A DNA stretch of 64,000 nt from Promethearchaeati archaeon. GTDB lineage: Archaea > Asgardarchaeota > Heimdallarchaeia > Heimdallarchaeales > Heimdallarchaeaceae. This document shows positions 28,594-39,072 of this stretch, piece by piece; positions within the stretch are counted from its first letter, which is position 1; every line of letters begins with the position of its first letter. Made by a program: the position numbers and the translations under genes. The stretch is from contig JABLTJ010000001.1 in assembly GCA_013166775.1 (NCBI GenBank), positions 192,001 through 256,000 of the forward strand. The letters run 5' to 3'. The notes under the pieces were generated by a model. It had not been told where the DNA came from. It ran no database searches and saw nothing but the letters and a program-made list of their open reading frames with translations.

Positions 28594-30315
28594 TTAATTA
28601 ATGGGTAATAACGTGGACAAAGTCCAAGCAAATAAGAAAGCATTCAACAATGCTCCTGATTCAAGAGTTCCTGTTCTATCATACAACCAAGTAGTAATTA
28701 TTGTATAAATTATAAACAAGGGCAGTAGCATAATTATGAACAGCATACTAAAACCTAGAAACCCAGATAGTATTTTGAAGTCGAAGAGTATAAGCGGAAT
28801 ATATTGTATTAATAACACTAATACTAGAGGTAAGATCTTAATTCCAACAATCTTCGCGATTGTTAATATTCTCGCCGATAATGTTTTTTCTTTAATCTTA
28901 GCTTTGTAAATACCAGAGATAAATATTCCATCTACTGAGAAAAATAAGAACATAAATGGTAGGAGAATTAAAAGCATCGCCATTCTCAACCAAGAGAAAT
29001 TATTGAATAAAGGAACTATTAATTTCATACTTATTCCTGGAATTTGCTCTACTATTAGATCGATTATAACGAGAATCAGAAAGCACTCAAGAGCAAAAAT
29101 TAGCATCCTCCAATTCGAGAAACGTTTTGCTATATCTTTAATTATTTCTTTATAGCCTGTATCTGGATTCTTTCGCTTAAGATTAATTAGAATCCATATA
29201 CTTCCTACTATTGCTAATGAAAATACCCAAAATATAGCCGTGAAACCTAAAGAAAGTGGTATTATTACAGACCCCATACCAAACAGAAGTATAGGGGGAA
29301 CAAACAGAACTATATGAAGAAAACTCCAGATTAATCCTGTTTTCCATAAACTAAACTCTACATCCACTTGTTCTTCTTCTGTTTTTTGTTTTCTGAAAAA
29401 AGAGATATCAGAAGCAATGCTAGCCAGAGGAATAAAGAATCCTACAAACAAAAAGAAGCTAACAGTAATGAAAATATCACGATAAGGATATAATAAAACG
29501 CTTTTGTTATCTTCACCATCAAAAGCTTGTAACATCCAATCAATTGATTCCTTTACTAACTTTCTATTACTAGGTTCAAAAAGATGATTGGTTTTCGGTA
29601 CTATCAATTTTCTTGCAGATAAATCTGAGAAACTACCATAAACCTGATCAATTACTACCTTTTCTGTAGTTCCAAATACTGGTTTCAGCTCGCTTTCTAC
29701 TTCATCTAAATCATCAAATACTTCATCGTATTGTCCAATTGCAATTAAGAGATTGCTTGGTGTCGAATTATTTAACTCACCATAAATTGTAGCATCTGAG
29801 GAAAGAGACAAACCTCCAATGAAAATATGTGCCTTTACATTTCCTTCTATTAAAGATGCTGCACGTATCGCACCTACTCCCATACTATGACCAGCAAGAC
29901 CTATGTTACTTGAATTAACATAGGTAAGGGATCTTAGGTATTGTATTGCTGAAGATACTCCTAACGTTGAATCTTCTGTACTATCTCGTCTTCCTCCTGT
30001 ATTACCATGACCTATAGCGTCTATTGTTAGAGCAATAACACCTCTTCTAGCAAGTTCTAATGATATTCCACTCATAGTTTCTTTAGCATTCATAACACCA
30101 TGAATAAGCACAACAGCTGGCAAATTACCCAATGCTTCAGCGTTTTTGGGTTCGTATAAATACCCATTCACTGGGATACCTGCGTTATCCAGAACTATAG
30201 ATTGAACTCTTACTTTACCAAATCCAGAATTAAATAATTGTGCAAACGCAATTAACGAGCTAAAAACTAAAATGTAGACTAATAGGATTATCAATAGTTT
30301 GCTGATTTTTCTCAT
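28594..30315 (-). CDS. membrane-associated alpha/beta hydrolase
   Basis: IHG, DAIGHG, GHSMG nucleophile elbow and NHLFE; multi-TM C-terminal half. Confidence 0.8.
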   Translation of the reverse strand: MRKISKLLIILLVYILVFSSLIAFAQLFNSGFGKVRVQSIVLDNAGIPVNGYLYEPKNAEALGNLPAVVLIHGVMNAKETMSGISLELARRGVIALTIDAIGHGNTGGRRDSTEDSTLGVSSAIQYLRSLTYVNSSNIGLAGHSMGVGAIRAASLIEGNVKAHIFIGGLSLSSDATIYGELNNSTPSNLLIAIGQYDEVFDDLDEVESELKPVFGTTEKVVIDQVYGSFSDLSARKLIVPKTNHLFEPSNRKLVKESIDWMLQAFDGEDNKSVLLYPYRDIFITVSFFLFVGFFIPLASIASDISFFRKQKTEEEQVDVEFSLWKTGLIWSFLHIVLFVPPILLFGMGSVIIPLSLGFTAIFWVFSLAIVGSIWILINLKRKNPDTGYKEIIKDIAKRFSNWRMLIFALECFLILVIIDLIVEQIPGISMKLIVPLFNNFSWLRMAMLLILLPFMFLFFSVDGIFISGIYKAKIKEKTLSARILTIAKIVGIKILPLVLVLLIQYIPLILFDFKILSGFLGFSMLFIIMLLPLFIIYTIITTWLYDRTGTLESGALLNAFLFAWTLSTLLPIN

Positions 30316-30407
30316 TAGAGCATCTTTAAAATAGCTAAAATAAAAATTTAATCCAAGCATCTGAAACTAAAAAAATGCTCTGGCTATTCATTTTACAGTC
30401 GTTCAGA

Positions 30408-31094
30408 TTAATTGTTTAATGGTTCCTTAAGCTGATTGTAAATCATATTCATACGATCATAGAACCCTTTGGTATGAAATGTGCTGTTCAGTTTTAATTT
30501 GTGTTTGTCGTAATGATGGCCCCACTCATGAATTAGTGTTCGTAGAAACGTTTTTGGTGCTACATATTTCTGTGTTTTAGCAGTTCTACTATATACCGAA
30601 ACTGAATGTCTTGTTTCTTGACTTCCTCTTGTTCTATATACACCATAATATTGACCCCCACTTCGAGTCATTCTTCGTTTTCCACCAGTATATACCTTAA
30701 GGTGTGGTAATCTGTAGATTAAATTCAATTCTGCTATCATCTCATTAGTAAATTCATTAATAGCAGCTTCTTCACCGTTTTTTAGAGCCTCGCCTAATAA
30801 TCTAACTGCGATATGAAGAGTCCTTAATCTTTTATTTGTAATTGGATTTATCACAGTTGATAGAGATTTTTGATAATCTTTAGATTGTGTTTGAGACCAT
30901 TCTCTTGATTTCTTGCTTGTTTGTTTTGTTGTCTTCGGTTTGGGTGGTTTTAGCTTTGGTGTAAGCAGAGGATAAGGAACGCGAAATGTGTGTTGATCAG
31001 TCTCTACAGTAACTGTTTTTCTGTTTAATCTAATCACAGTTCCAATTAAAGACTCACCTTTGTATGGAAAACTCACAGTTGTTTTTTCATTCAT
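30408..31094 (-). CDS. SprT/Wss1-like zinc metalloprotease with N-terminal SH3/KOW-like domain
   Basis: TLIHEWGHH followed by HTKGF; basic composition; N-terminal GTVIRLNRKTVTV. Confidence 0.6.
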   Translation of the reverse strand: MNEKTTVSFPYKGESLIGTVIRLNRKTVTVETDQHTFRVPYPLLTPKLKPPKPKTTKQTSKKSREWSQTQSKDYQKSLSTVINPITNKRLRTLHIAVRLLGEALKNGEEAAINEFTNEMIAELNLIYRLPHLKVYTGGKRRMTRSGGQYYGVYRTRGSQETRHSVSVYSRTAKTQKYVAPKTFLRTLIHEWGHHYDKHKLKLNSTFHTKGFYDRMNMIYNQLKEPLNN

Positions 31095-31161
31095 TGTAGA
31101 TCTCACTTTATTGATCTCATGTAACGCTTTTAATTTCTGTAATTCTCGAATGATATAATAT

Positions 31162-32226
31162 TTATCTATTTTTTATTGAACTGATAAATTCCTCGAGTTT
31201 AGGTATGGATAAATTAGTTTTCTCTCTTACTAATGAATATATGTTTTCGATATGGAAGACTGTGTCTTTAATTTGTTGAAGTGCTTCTTCCCTACTGCCA
31301 TGTTCGTTTGGACTGAATTTAAACATTATTAAAATATCAGAAAATCTTCTGAAAGCAGCTAAAACTTCAAAATAATCTATTTCTTCTACTTTAGAACCTA
31401 GTTTATTTTCATATGCCTTTAGGATAGCATTGCGTATTTCACTAGAAGTGTATGCTGAAACTAACAGTAGTGTCCAACCTAGATCTTGGCGGAAATCACC
31501 TACATTACAAGATGGCCAATCGACGACAAATGGTTTTCCATCATCAGCTATAATTATATTATGAGGATGAAAATCTTGGTGAAGTACTGATATTTTTTCA
31601 GAGGGAACATTATCTCTTCTTTCCTTAAGCCAATTTAGAATAGATTGAAGTTCATGAAGTTCATACTCCTCGATCTTCTTTTCAAAGGAAGCTAATCTTC
31701 TATCAATGAAGAAATAGGGATTAATTGTTTCCTTTTTAATGATATCTGCTGGTATAATCCTCCAATCCAAATCATGTAACTCTACAAATAATTTACATAC
31801 TAAGGGCAGAAGTTTTTCAGTTAGTGTTTCCATATCTTTTGTTTCAATGGCATTAAAGAATTCCTCACCCATATCGACGCCAGCTATTCTATCCATGATT
31901 ATGAAGGGTTTTCCGAAGAACTCCTCATCTAATTCAAGTAAATGCGTTCTTGGAACTGGGTATCCAGCATTGAATAAAGCTATAAGAACATCATATTCCC
32001 ATTTAATTTTATTTTGCATATTCTTACCTGGATAAATGCGAAGTATCAAATGATCTACTTTTTTCTGCCCTTCTTCTTGGTAGCTGAAAACAAAAGAAAA
32101 TAGTTCTGTTTCCCACCCTTTTGCAAGTGATTTCACATCTGAAATTTCAATATCCTTTTGTGTAAAATGAATCTTTTGAAAATACTTCTCCAGAATCTTC
32201 TTCACTCGCAAAACTGATAAGGACAT
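31162..32226 (-). CDS. aminoglycoside phosphotransferase (APH)-like kinase
   Basis: GYPVP, FIIMDRI, LHQDFHPHNI and VVDW motifs. Confidence 0.8.
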   Translation of the reverse strand: MSLSVLRVKKILEKYFQKIHFTQKDIEISDVKSLAKGWETELFSFVFSYQEEGQKKVDHLILRIYPGKNMQNKIKWEYDVLIALFNAGYPVPRTHLLELDEEFFGKPFIIMDRIAGVDMGEEFFNAIETKDMETLTEKLLPLVCKLFVELHDLDWRIIPADIIKKETINPYFFIDRRLASFEKKIEEYELHELQSILNWLKERRDNVPSEKISVLHQDFHPHNIIIADDGKPFVVDWPSCNVGDFRQDLGWTLLLVSAYTSSEIRNAILKAYENKLGSKVEEIDYFEVLAAFRRFSDILIMFKFSPNEHGSREEALQQIKDTVFHIENIYSLVREKTNLSIPKLEEFISSIKNR

Positions 32227-32288
32227 TTGACAAACAACTCTTAATTACATCTTTAAATATTAAAATAATAGAAAAACATTGTGATAAA

Positions 32289-32789
32289 ATGAAATTAATA
32301 GTTTCAAGAAATGATGATACTTGGAGTGGTATTCTTCTTAACCAAGGAAAATTGTTCTATACTGCAAGTTCCTTTAAAAGCAAAGATGAAGCCATCTCTC
32401 GTTTATCAAAGATTGCAGATGTTGAAGTGGAAATAGAGGAGAGAACCCATCCCATTATAGAAGCAATGAATGGTATTGTTAATGGTACATCATTCGATTT
32501 ACCTGAAATTGAATTCGACTTTAGTGGTTTTACAGAGAAAGAAATATCTGTTTTAAAGGAACTTCTCAAAGTGCCTGCAGGTGAAATAGTATCTTATGGG
32601 GAATTAGCAAAAAGAGTTGGTATATCCCATGGTGCTCGCTTTGTTGGAAATGTAATGATGAAGAATAGATTCGGCCCTATCGTCCCTTGTCATCGTGTTA
32701 TACGATCAAATGGAGATTTAGGAAAATTTGCAGGAAGATTACACCACCCCTTGAAAGAGCAGTATCTAAAACAAGAAAAGGCTATTTAG
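32289..32789 (+). CDS. ogt: methylated-DNA-protein-cysteine methyltransferase
   Basis: VSYGELA, ARFVG and VPCHRVI active site. Confidence 0.9.
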   Translation: MKLIVSRNDDTWSGILLNQGKLFYTASSFKSKDEAISRLSKIADVEVEIEERTHPIIEAMNGIVNGTSFDLPEIEFDFSGFTEKEISVLKELLKVPAGEIVSYGELAKRVGISHGARFVGNVMMKNRFGPIVPCHRVIRSNGDLGKFAGRLHHPLKEQYLKQEKAI

Positions 32790-32804
32790 AACATCTCAAG
32801 ACTC

Positions 32805-33611
32805 TTAGCTGCTCAATTTTTTCTCTATTTTGTTTGTAATTTCCAGGAATATTTTTTCACTTTCCTCATCTACAAGAACAGCGGGTTTACCCACATCACC
32901 CGCAACACAGATTGCAGGAATCAAAGGTACTGCTCCAAGAAATTCTATTGAAAGTTCTTCAGCTATGTTCTTTCCTCCGTCTTTCTTGAAGATATTAGTT
33001 GTTTCACCACAATGAGGACATACAAATCCAGACATATTTTCAACAATTCCTATAACAGGAGTATTTGCAACCTCTGCAAAATTAATTGATTTTGTAATAT
33101 CTAGAAGAGAAACTTGTTGAGGTGTAGTTACTACAACCATACCATCTAAGTCTTTAATGGTTTGAACAATTGAAAGCGGTTCATCTGAACTTCCTGGAGG
33201 AAGATCAACTATTAGAAAATCCAATTTTCCCCACTCAACATCAGCTATTAGTTGTTTAAGAGCTTTGATTTTCATAGGTCCTCTCCAGATTATTGCTTTA
33301 CTCTTGTCTTCAAGAAGAAATTCCATAGAAACAATCTTGACACCATGAGCTTCTATTGGGATGATTTTATTATCTTCTGATGTTAATTGCTCAAATTCTG
33401 CTCCAAACATTAAAGGTATATTCGGACCTGTAATATCAGCATCGAGAACACCAACTGCTAATCCTTTATTGGCTAGTGTTTGTGCAATATTAACGCTGAC
33501 GGTAGTTTTACCAGTCCCTCCTTTTCCAGATAAAACTGCAATTTTATGTTTTATCTTTGAAAGTGTTTCTTGAATCCTCTTGAGTTCTTCTTTCTGTATA
33601 TCGGTTTGCAT
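32805..33611 (-). CDS. Mrp/NBP35 Fe-S cluster carrier ATPase
   Basis: SGKGGTGKT, IWRGPM, DLPPG and ENMSGFVCPHC. Confidence 0.92.
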   Translation of the reverse strand: MQTDIQKEELKRIQETLSKIKHKIAVLSGKGGTGKTTVSVNIAQTLANKGLAVGVLDADITGPNIPLMFGAEFEQLTSEDNKIIPIEAHGVKIVSMEFLLEDKSKAIIWRGPMKIKALKQLIADVEWGKLDFLIVDLPPGSSDEPLSIVQTIKDLDGMVVVTTPQQVSLLDITKSINFAEVANTPVIGIVENMSGFVCPHCGETTNIFKKDGGKNIAEELSIEFLGAVPLIPAICVAGDVGKPAVLVDEESEKIFLEITNKIEKKLSS

Positions 33612-33760
33612 TTCCTCACCTTCTACTAGTGATTTGTATATTCTAATATGCTTAAAAATTCAGTGATATAATAGTCATTTCATGTTTTTGGATAAACACT
33701 TTTAAATCGTTTCGATTTTCTTATTCTGTAATTCGAAGAGACGCATAAAGTGAATCTACA

Positions 33761-35104
33761 ATGAGTGAAAAAGAATATGATATAGTAATTATAGGTGCTG
33801 GATTATTCGGAATGGCAACAGCTTATCATTTAATAGAAGAGAATAATGAATTAAAGATTCTAGTTGTTGATAAAGCATCAATGGCAGGTGCGGGAAATAC
33901 CGCTCAATCTGCTGCAATGTATCGTGATACATTCTCTTCAGAAGTGAATTTATTATTAAGTAGTTCAACCAGAGATTTCTTCAGGCATATACAAAACGAT
34001 CTGGGGATTGAATTATCTCTCAAAGATATCAAATATTTGTGGTTAATGGATAGAGAACAATTTGAGCATAACAAAACAGCAGTAGAAACCATGTTGAATA
34101 ATAATTTAAGGATTGAAATTCTAGAGAAAGATGATATCGAAAGAAAAATACCAGAATTAGTTACTAATTTTGATGAAAATGAAGATGCACAGATGCTTGG
34201 ATTAAAAAACATTGATTACGCAATTCTTGGTTATGATTGTGGTGAACTAGATGCTGATAAAATTACCCGAGATTTTTATGAAAATGAATACAAGAGACTA
34301 GGCGGAGACGTATTATACTCAACAAAAGTCACTAAATTCATACTTGAACCAGTAGGTGAAAAACTTGGAATCCCAGGCGAGCCAGTAGGTTGGCAGAAAA
34401 AGAAAATTGGATTTGTGGAAACAGAAAAGGGTGAATTACTGAAAGCAGATACATTCATCATTGCTACTGGTGCATGGGCAAATGAATTATTGTTACCTTT
34501 AGGTGTGGATAGCCATACAATGCCTCTAAAAAAATCATTGTTCAGAGTTCAACATTCAAGACTCGCTGGTTTACTTAACAATGAAAACTTCAATGAAGAA
34601 AAGACAATTCCATTCATTATTTTTCCAATGTATGGAATACACATGAAACCTGTAAAATACAATGACAGTATTTGGATAGGCGGGGGTAATGTTATCGGTA
34701 AACCGTTTGAGATGACTAATCCAAGAGATATAACAAAAGATGATAATCCTCTGGATAGTACAGAAGCAGATCCTCGAAAATATGAGTATGATCTCTACCT
34801 TATGCTGTCTGAATATCTGCCCGTGTTAAAAGATCTCCCACTCACAAACTGCTGGGCAGGTTTTTACGCTATGAATACAATAGATAAAAATCCTGTAGTT
34901 TTCAAACCTGATGGAATTCAGGGTTTACTTGTTGTTACTTCTGGTTCAGGTAGCGGAATAATGAAAGCAGATGCTGTTGGAAGAATAGCTGAAGCTCTCT
35001 ACAGAGATCAGAAATATGCAGAATTATTTGGTGGAACTAAATTCAAAGTTTCGAGATTAGGATTAAAAGAAAGAAATGTAGACAAAGAATATTTTGTAAT
35101 TTAA
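33761..35104 (+). CDS. FAD-dependent oxidoreductase (DAO/sarcosine oxidase beta-like)
   Basis: IIGAGLFG, GNTAQSAA, ATGAW, WAGFY and GSGIMKAD. Confidence 0.8.
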   Translation: MSEKEYDIVIIGAGLFGMATAYHLIEENNELKILVVDKASMAGAGNTAQSAAMYRDTFSSEVNLLLSSSTRDFFRHIQNDLGIELSLKDIKYLWLMDREQFEHNKTAVETMLNNNLRIEILEKDDIERKIPELVTNFDENEDAQMLGLKNIDYAILGYDCGELDADKITRDFYENEYKRLGGDVLYSTKVTKFILEPVGEKLGIPGEPVGWQKKKIGFVETEKGELLKADTFIIATGAWANELLLPLGVDSHTMPLKKSLFRVQHSRLAGLLNNENFNEEKTIPFIIFPMYGIHMKPVKYNDSIWIGGGNVIGKPFEMTNPRDITKDDNPLDSTEADPRKYEYDLYLMLSEYLPVLKDLPLTNCWAGFYAMNTIDKNPVVFKPDGIQGLLVVTSGSGSGIMKADAVGRIAEALYRDQKYAELFGGTKFKVSRLGLKERNVDKEYFVI

Positions 35105-35162
35105 TAAAATATTCTCTCCTTTTCATCCAATGAAAACAACAAAAATAAAGACAAGGAAATAT

Positions 35163-35846
35163 TTAATTTCCATTTTGAAGGTTATCAAATTCTTCTTCAA
35201 TATGAGAGATTTTGATTCCTAAACTATCCATGAGCTGGAAGCACCAACCCAACCAGACATTAACGAAACCCATTGCACCTGCATCAACTACTCCAGCTTC
35301 CTTTAATACTGGAAGAAGGTTAGGAGTGTTTTCTAGTGATACAACAGCTGTTTTATAAGTTTCTGAAATCATTTCTTTCCAATCGCCACCTTTATCGGCA
35401 ATTGATTTTGCTTTTGCAGCAGTATCTTTGATTACTGTAAGAATAGTTCCTTCAGTTGGATGAAGAACAGCTTCATAAGACCATTCACAACCAGCTTCAA
35501 GAGCTTTTGCGAATTCCTCGATTCCTACTTCTTGGTGATCTTCAATTTCTGCACTGAATCCTTGAAAGAACTGAGAAATTATAACACCAGAATTTCCTTT
35601 AGCTCCAAGAAAGCTCCCTTTAGTAATTAATTGCGCTGCTTCTTGAATGGATGAGGGATTAATTTCATCAAATTGCTCGACAACAGTTCGCATTGTTAAA
35701 AAGAGGTTAACGCCTGTATCTCCATCTGGTATAGGAAAAACGTTAATTTCATTGAGATGCTCTTTAGTCTGTTCGAGATTACTAGCAGCACTGATCATCA
35801 TTTTTTTGAGTGTAAGTCCATCAATCTTAGAGTTCGGTAACATCAT
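35163..35846 (-). CDS. stand-alone DAK2 domain protein (fatty-acid kinase FakA N-terminal domain-like)
   Basis: LNEINVFPIPDGDTGVNL, GAKGNSGVI, EGTILTV and LKEAGVVDAGA. Confidence 0.85.
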   Translation of the reverse strand: MMLPNSKIDGLTLKKMMISAASNLEQTKEHLNEINVFPIPDGDTGVNLFLTMRTVVEQFDEINPSSIQEAAQLITKGSFLGAKGNSGVIISQFFQGFSAEIEDHQEVGIEEFAKALEAGCEWSYEAVLHPTEGTILTVIKDTAAKAKSIADKGGDWKEMISETYKTAVVSLENTPNLLPVLKEAGVVDAGAMGFVNVWLGWCFQLMDSLGIKISHIEEEFDNLQNGN

Positions 35847-36138
35847 TTAATTAGCCCCATTTTGTCTTCGTATGATATAATCTATTCCGCATATTATTTC
35901 TGCCAAAGCAGTATTTAATGGTTCCGTGTTTTCATGAACAAAGAATATTTGTACATATAAACACAATTCCACTAATCCGTAATCACTCTCGTGAAAAACG
36001 TTTAAAAAATTATCCTTTGTGCTTATTATATCTTCAGAGAATATTGTTTTCTCGAGAAATAGGGAAAATGAGAAAAAAAGAAATTTCTGCATTTTTATAA
36101 ATTTTCTATATAGCTTTCTTGTATTTTTAGTCTAATTT

Positions 36139-39072
36139 CTACTCAAGTAGTAAGGCAGGTTTCATTGGTCTAGATTTTTGAGATTTGTTTTGCGGATCAT
36201 ATATATCTTTGTCATCTGATAGATGTATTAGTATTTCTGCATTCTCGAATCTACTGCTGATAAATTCTCTATATCCTAAAATTGCACTTTCTTGATCTTT
36301 TGCATTCAGCATTTCAATCCTGAAAATTGTAGGATCCCTTAACATCAGTTTTGCTTCATCAGCTATCTCTTTTATGTATTTGTTTAGTTTGTCACTCTCT
36401 TTAGCTGATGCCATTATCTTACCTATTTGCACTGCTTCATCTTTGAAGATATTTTTAGCAAGTTCGTATAGATCATTCTTCCAATCTGCGTTGATATATA
36501 TGTGAACCTTCTTTGGTTTGGTTTTGACTAATTTCACGATTTGATCAATATCATTTATCAGATCTGTCATGTACTTTGCTTGTAAAGCATATAGTATATC
36601 TTTATTATCAATCTCAATATCGGGTATTTGTTTAAGAGAAATATAGTCTTTATTTCCCATTCTTTCATTCAATTCCTCGCTAATATGAGGAATTGCAGGT
36701 GCCATGGTCACTACCATAATTTCGATAATTTCTCGTAATGCTGCTTTTTTCTCTGCTTCTGGCAAATGCTCTGCAAATTTGTGATACTCATCAATTACTC
36801 TGATGTTTGAATAGTATCCTTCTAAGATATATTCTCGAGCACTGAACCGCTCGATTGCTTCATTTGCTTTGCTTAAATTCGCTTTTACTGATGCAATGAA
36901 TACCTTAGAAAGGAAGGAATATTCAACTTTCTCGTTTAGAGAGATATTGGTTACGCTCAAGGCATATTCCCAGAATTTTCTTAATCTTTGAAGTGCGAAA
37001 TTCACTTCCTCTTCTTTCCACTCAAGAACAGTTTCAGGTGTAGCAATAGATGCTAGATGCAATCTTGTTAAGTCAACACTATATTTGTTTGGAACTTGTG
37101 CAATAGGGATAACATTTGGTTTACTCTTACTCATAGCTTCTCCATCACGACTCAACATTTCATTTAATGAGTAAGCAGGCAACCAATATTTCTCAGGAAA
37201 AACTGCAGCGTGATGAAATATAGCGAACGATAAGTGATTAGATATATGATGAACAGCTGTATGTCTAAGATCGTTAGGATACCAATATTCAAATTCATTT
37301 TTCATCAGATCTAATGTTTGCTTAGATACTCCAGTACTGTTACTTACTTCTTTGATACTTCCTTTTGACAGGAATACATAATCAAATAATTCTGGTTTTA
37401 ACTGCTCGGGTTGTATTTTATTTTCCTTTATGAGTCTGATAATTGTATAATATGCCATATAAATAACTGAATCACTCAACGATTCTATTATCCAACCTTC
37501 ACCTTTTGTGAAAGGAAATTCTGTTCCTAGTCCTCTTCTTCTGACACAAGGTCTCTTATCTAACCAATCAAATGTATTTTCAAAGCTTAGCCTATACTTA
37601 TCTGGAGTAATGAACATCTGATTTAATGCTTTGAATGCTTTTTCTTTCCATTCAGGATTACCATAATTTAGGAAATACTGGTTTTGAATTACTGCAACAA
37701 TGATCTGACCTCCACATCTGCAAAAAGCTTTAGTTGAAGGCTCGTAAATTGGTGTAGCTAAGTTTATCTCATATAGAGTGTCCGCAACTTTGTTCTTAGC
37801 TTCTTCTACTTTCAATCCTACATAGTCTCCAGTATTACTTTTCATAACGCCGGAATAATATTCATCCTTGTATATTGTTTGAGTTGCTTCCTCTAGTTTA
37901 TCTCTGTCTTCTTGAGATTTGACTCCTAGTTTCTGGCATATTTCAACAGCAGGAAATTCTCCATAACCCTTTACTTCTATAAGAGAAATTGGTTCAATTT
38001 GTTTCAGATTTTCAGAATTTAAATTATACTTAGAAATTGTTTTTTCATCTTTCTGCAAATCGACAATTGCTGCGCAATCATAAGGAGCATGCCCAGGAAC
38101 ACTATATACTACACCTGTTGCATGATTTGTGTCAACAAAAACGGCAGGATATACAGGTATTTTTCTTCCTGTTATTGGAACTTCTACATATACATCTAAT
38201 AACTCTTCACCCTTCAATTCACTCTTAATTTTAATCTCATGATTCTGTTCTAATAACTTCATGGTGGCTTCTTTTGAAACAATCCATATTTCTCCATCAA
38301 TAGAGATCTCATTATAACTTGCTTTAGGGTGTATCCAAATATTGGTGGCACCAAATATTGTTTCAGGTCGAAGAGTTGCAGCAACAAGGAAGATATTGTT
38401 ATCAAGTTTGAACTTAATGCCAACAAATTCATTAACTTCTACATTAAGTTCATCCCCATCTTGTATATCATCCTCTCCAACAGCATTCTTGTCATTTACA
38501 CACCATAAAATTGGATAATCTCCCTGTACTATCAGATTTTTATTATTTAGTATAGAATATTGCCATTCAATGAATTTGTTATATTCCGGATCACCTGTTG
38601 TGAATTGCCTGGTAGTATCAAGTGAATATCCCATTCCTAAGAAATCTTGGATGATTTTTTCGGCAAAATAATTAGCAACATTTTCTGGTTCTACAAAGGA
38701 AGAGACTACTTCATCAATTCTCTCTATAGTACTTTCATAATATGAGATAAAACCTCTCATTTTTTCCCATTCTTTCTCATCATTATTTTTAATTTTCCAA
38801 GATACTGCGAGAACTGGAGTTCCAGTTATATGAAAGCCCATTGGCCATAGAACATTGTATCCTTTTTGTCTTTTGAATCTTGCAAATATGTCTCCTAATC
38901 CATAAGTTCTGGCATGTCCTATATGAAGAGGAGAAGTTGCATAGGGATACGATACTGTTAGAAACCATTTTGGTTTTGAGCTGTCTACATTTGCGATAAA
39001 AATTTCATCTTCTTGCCATTTCTTCTGCCATTTTTTCTCTATTTTTCGAATTTCATCTAGAAAAGACACCAT
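36139..39072 (-). CDS. leuS: leucyl-tRNA synthetase (archaeal/eukaryotic type)
   Basis: PLHIGH, ATLRPET (CP1), SVPGHAPYD, IESLSDS and AMSKS. Confidence 0.95.
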   Translation of the reverse strand: MVSFLDEIRKIEKKWQKKWQEDEIFIANVDSSKPKWFLTVSYPYATSPLHIGHARTYGLGDIFARFKRQKGYNVLWPMGFHITGTPVLAVSWKIKNNDEKEWEKMRGFISYYESTIERIDEVVSSFVEPENVANYFAEKIIQDFLGMGYSLDTTRQFTTGDPEYNKFIEWQYSILNNKNLIVQGDYPILWCVNDKNAVGEDDIQDGDELNVEVNEFVGIKFKLDNNIFLVAATLRPETIFGATNIWIHPKASYNEISIDGEIWIVSKEATMKLLEQNHEIKIKSELKGEELLDVYVEVPITGRKIPVYPAVFVDTNHATGVVYSVPGHAPYDCAAIVDLQKDEKTISKYNLNSENLKQIEPISLIEVKGYGEFPAVEICQKLGVKSQEDRDKLEEATQTIYKDEYYSGVMKSNTGDYVGLKVEEAKNKVADTLYEINLATPIYEPSTKAFCRCGGQIIVAVIQNQYFLNYGNPEWKEKAFKALNQMFITPDKYRLSFENTFDWLDKRPCVRRRGLGTEFPFTKGEGWIIESLSDSVIYMAYYTIIRLIKENKIQPEQLKPELFDYVFLSKGSIKEVSNSTGVSKQTLDLMKNEFEYWYPNDLRHTAVHHISNHLSFAIFHHAAVFPEKYWLPAYSLNEMLSRDGEAMSKSKPNVIPIAQVPNKYSVDLTRLHLASIATPETVLEWKEEEVNFALQRLRKFWEYALSVTNISLNEKVEYSFLSKVFIASVKANLSKANEAIERFSAREYILEGYYSNIRVIDEYHKFAEHLPEAEKKAALREIIEIMVVTMAPAIPHISEELNERMGNKDYISLKQIPDIEIDNKDILYALQAKYMTDLINDIDQIVKLVKTKPKKVHIYINADWKNDLYELAKNIFKDEAVQIGKIMASAKESDKLNKYIKEIADEAKLMLRDPTIFRIEMLNAKDQESAILGYREFISSRFENAEILIHLSDDKDIYDPQNKSQKSRPMKPALLLE

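Noticed and set aside
35847-36100. 81-aa and 60-aa ORFs between the DAK2 gene and leuS
   Set aside because: They span terminator-like and TATA-like tracts, have low-complexity translations, and do not look like a missing FakA portion.
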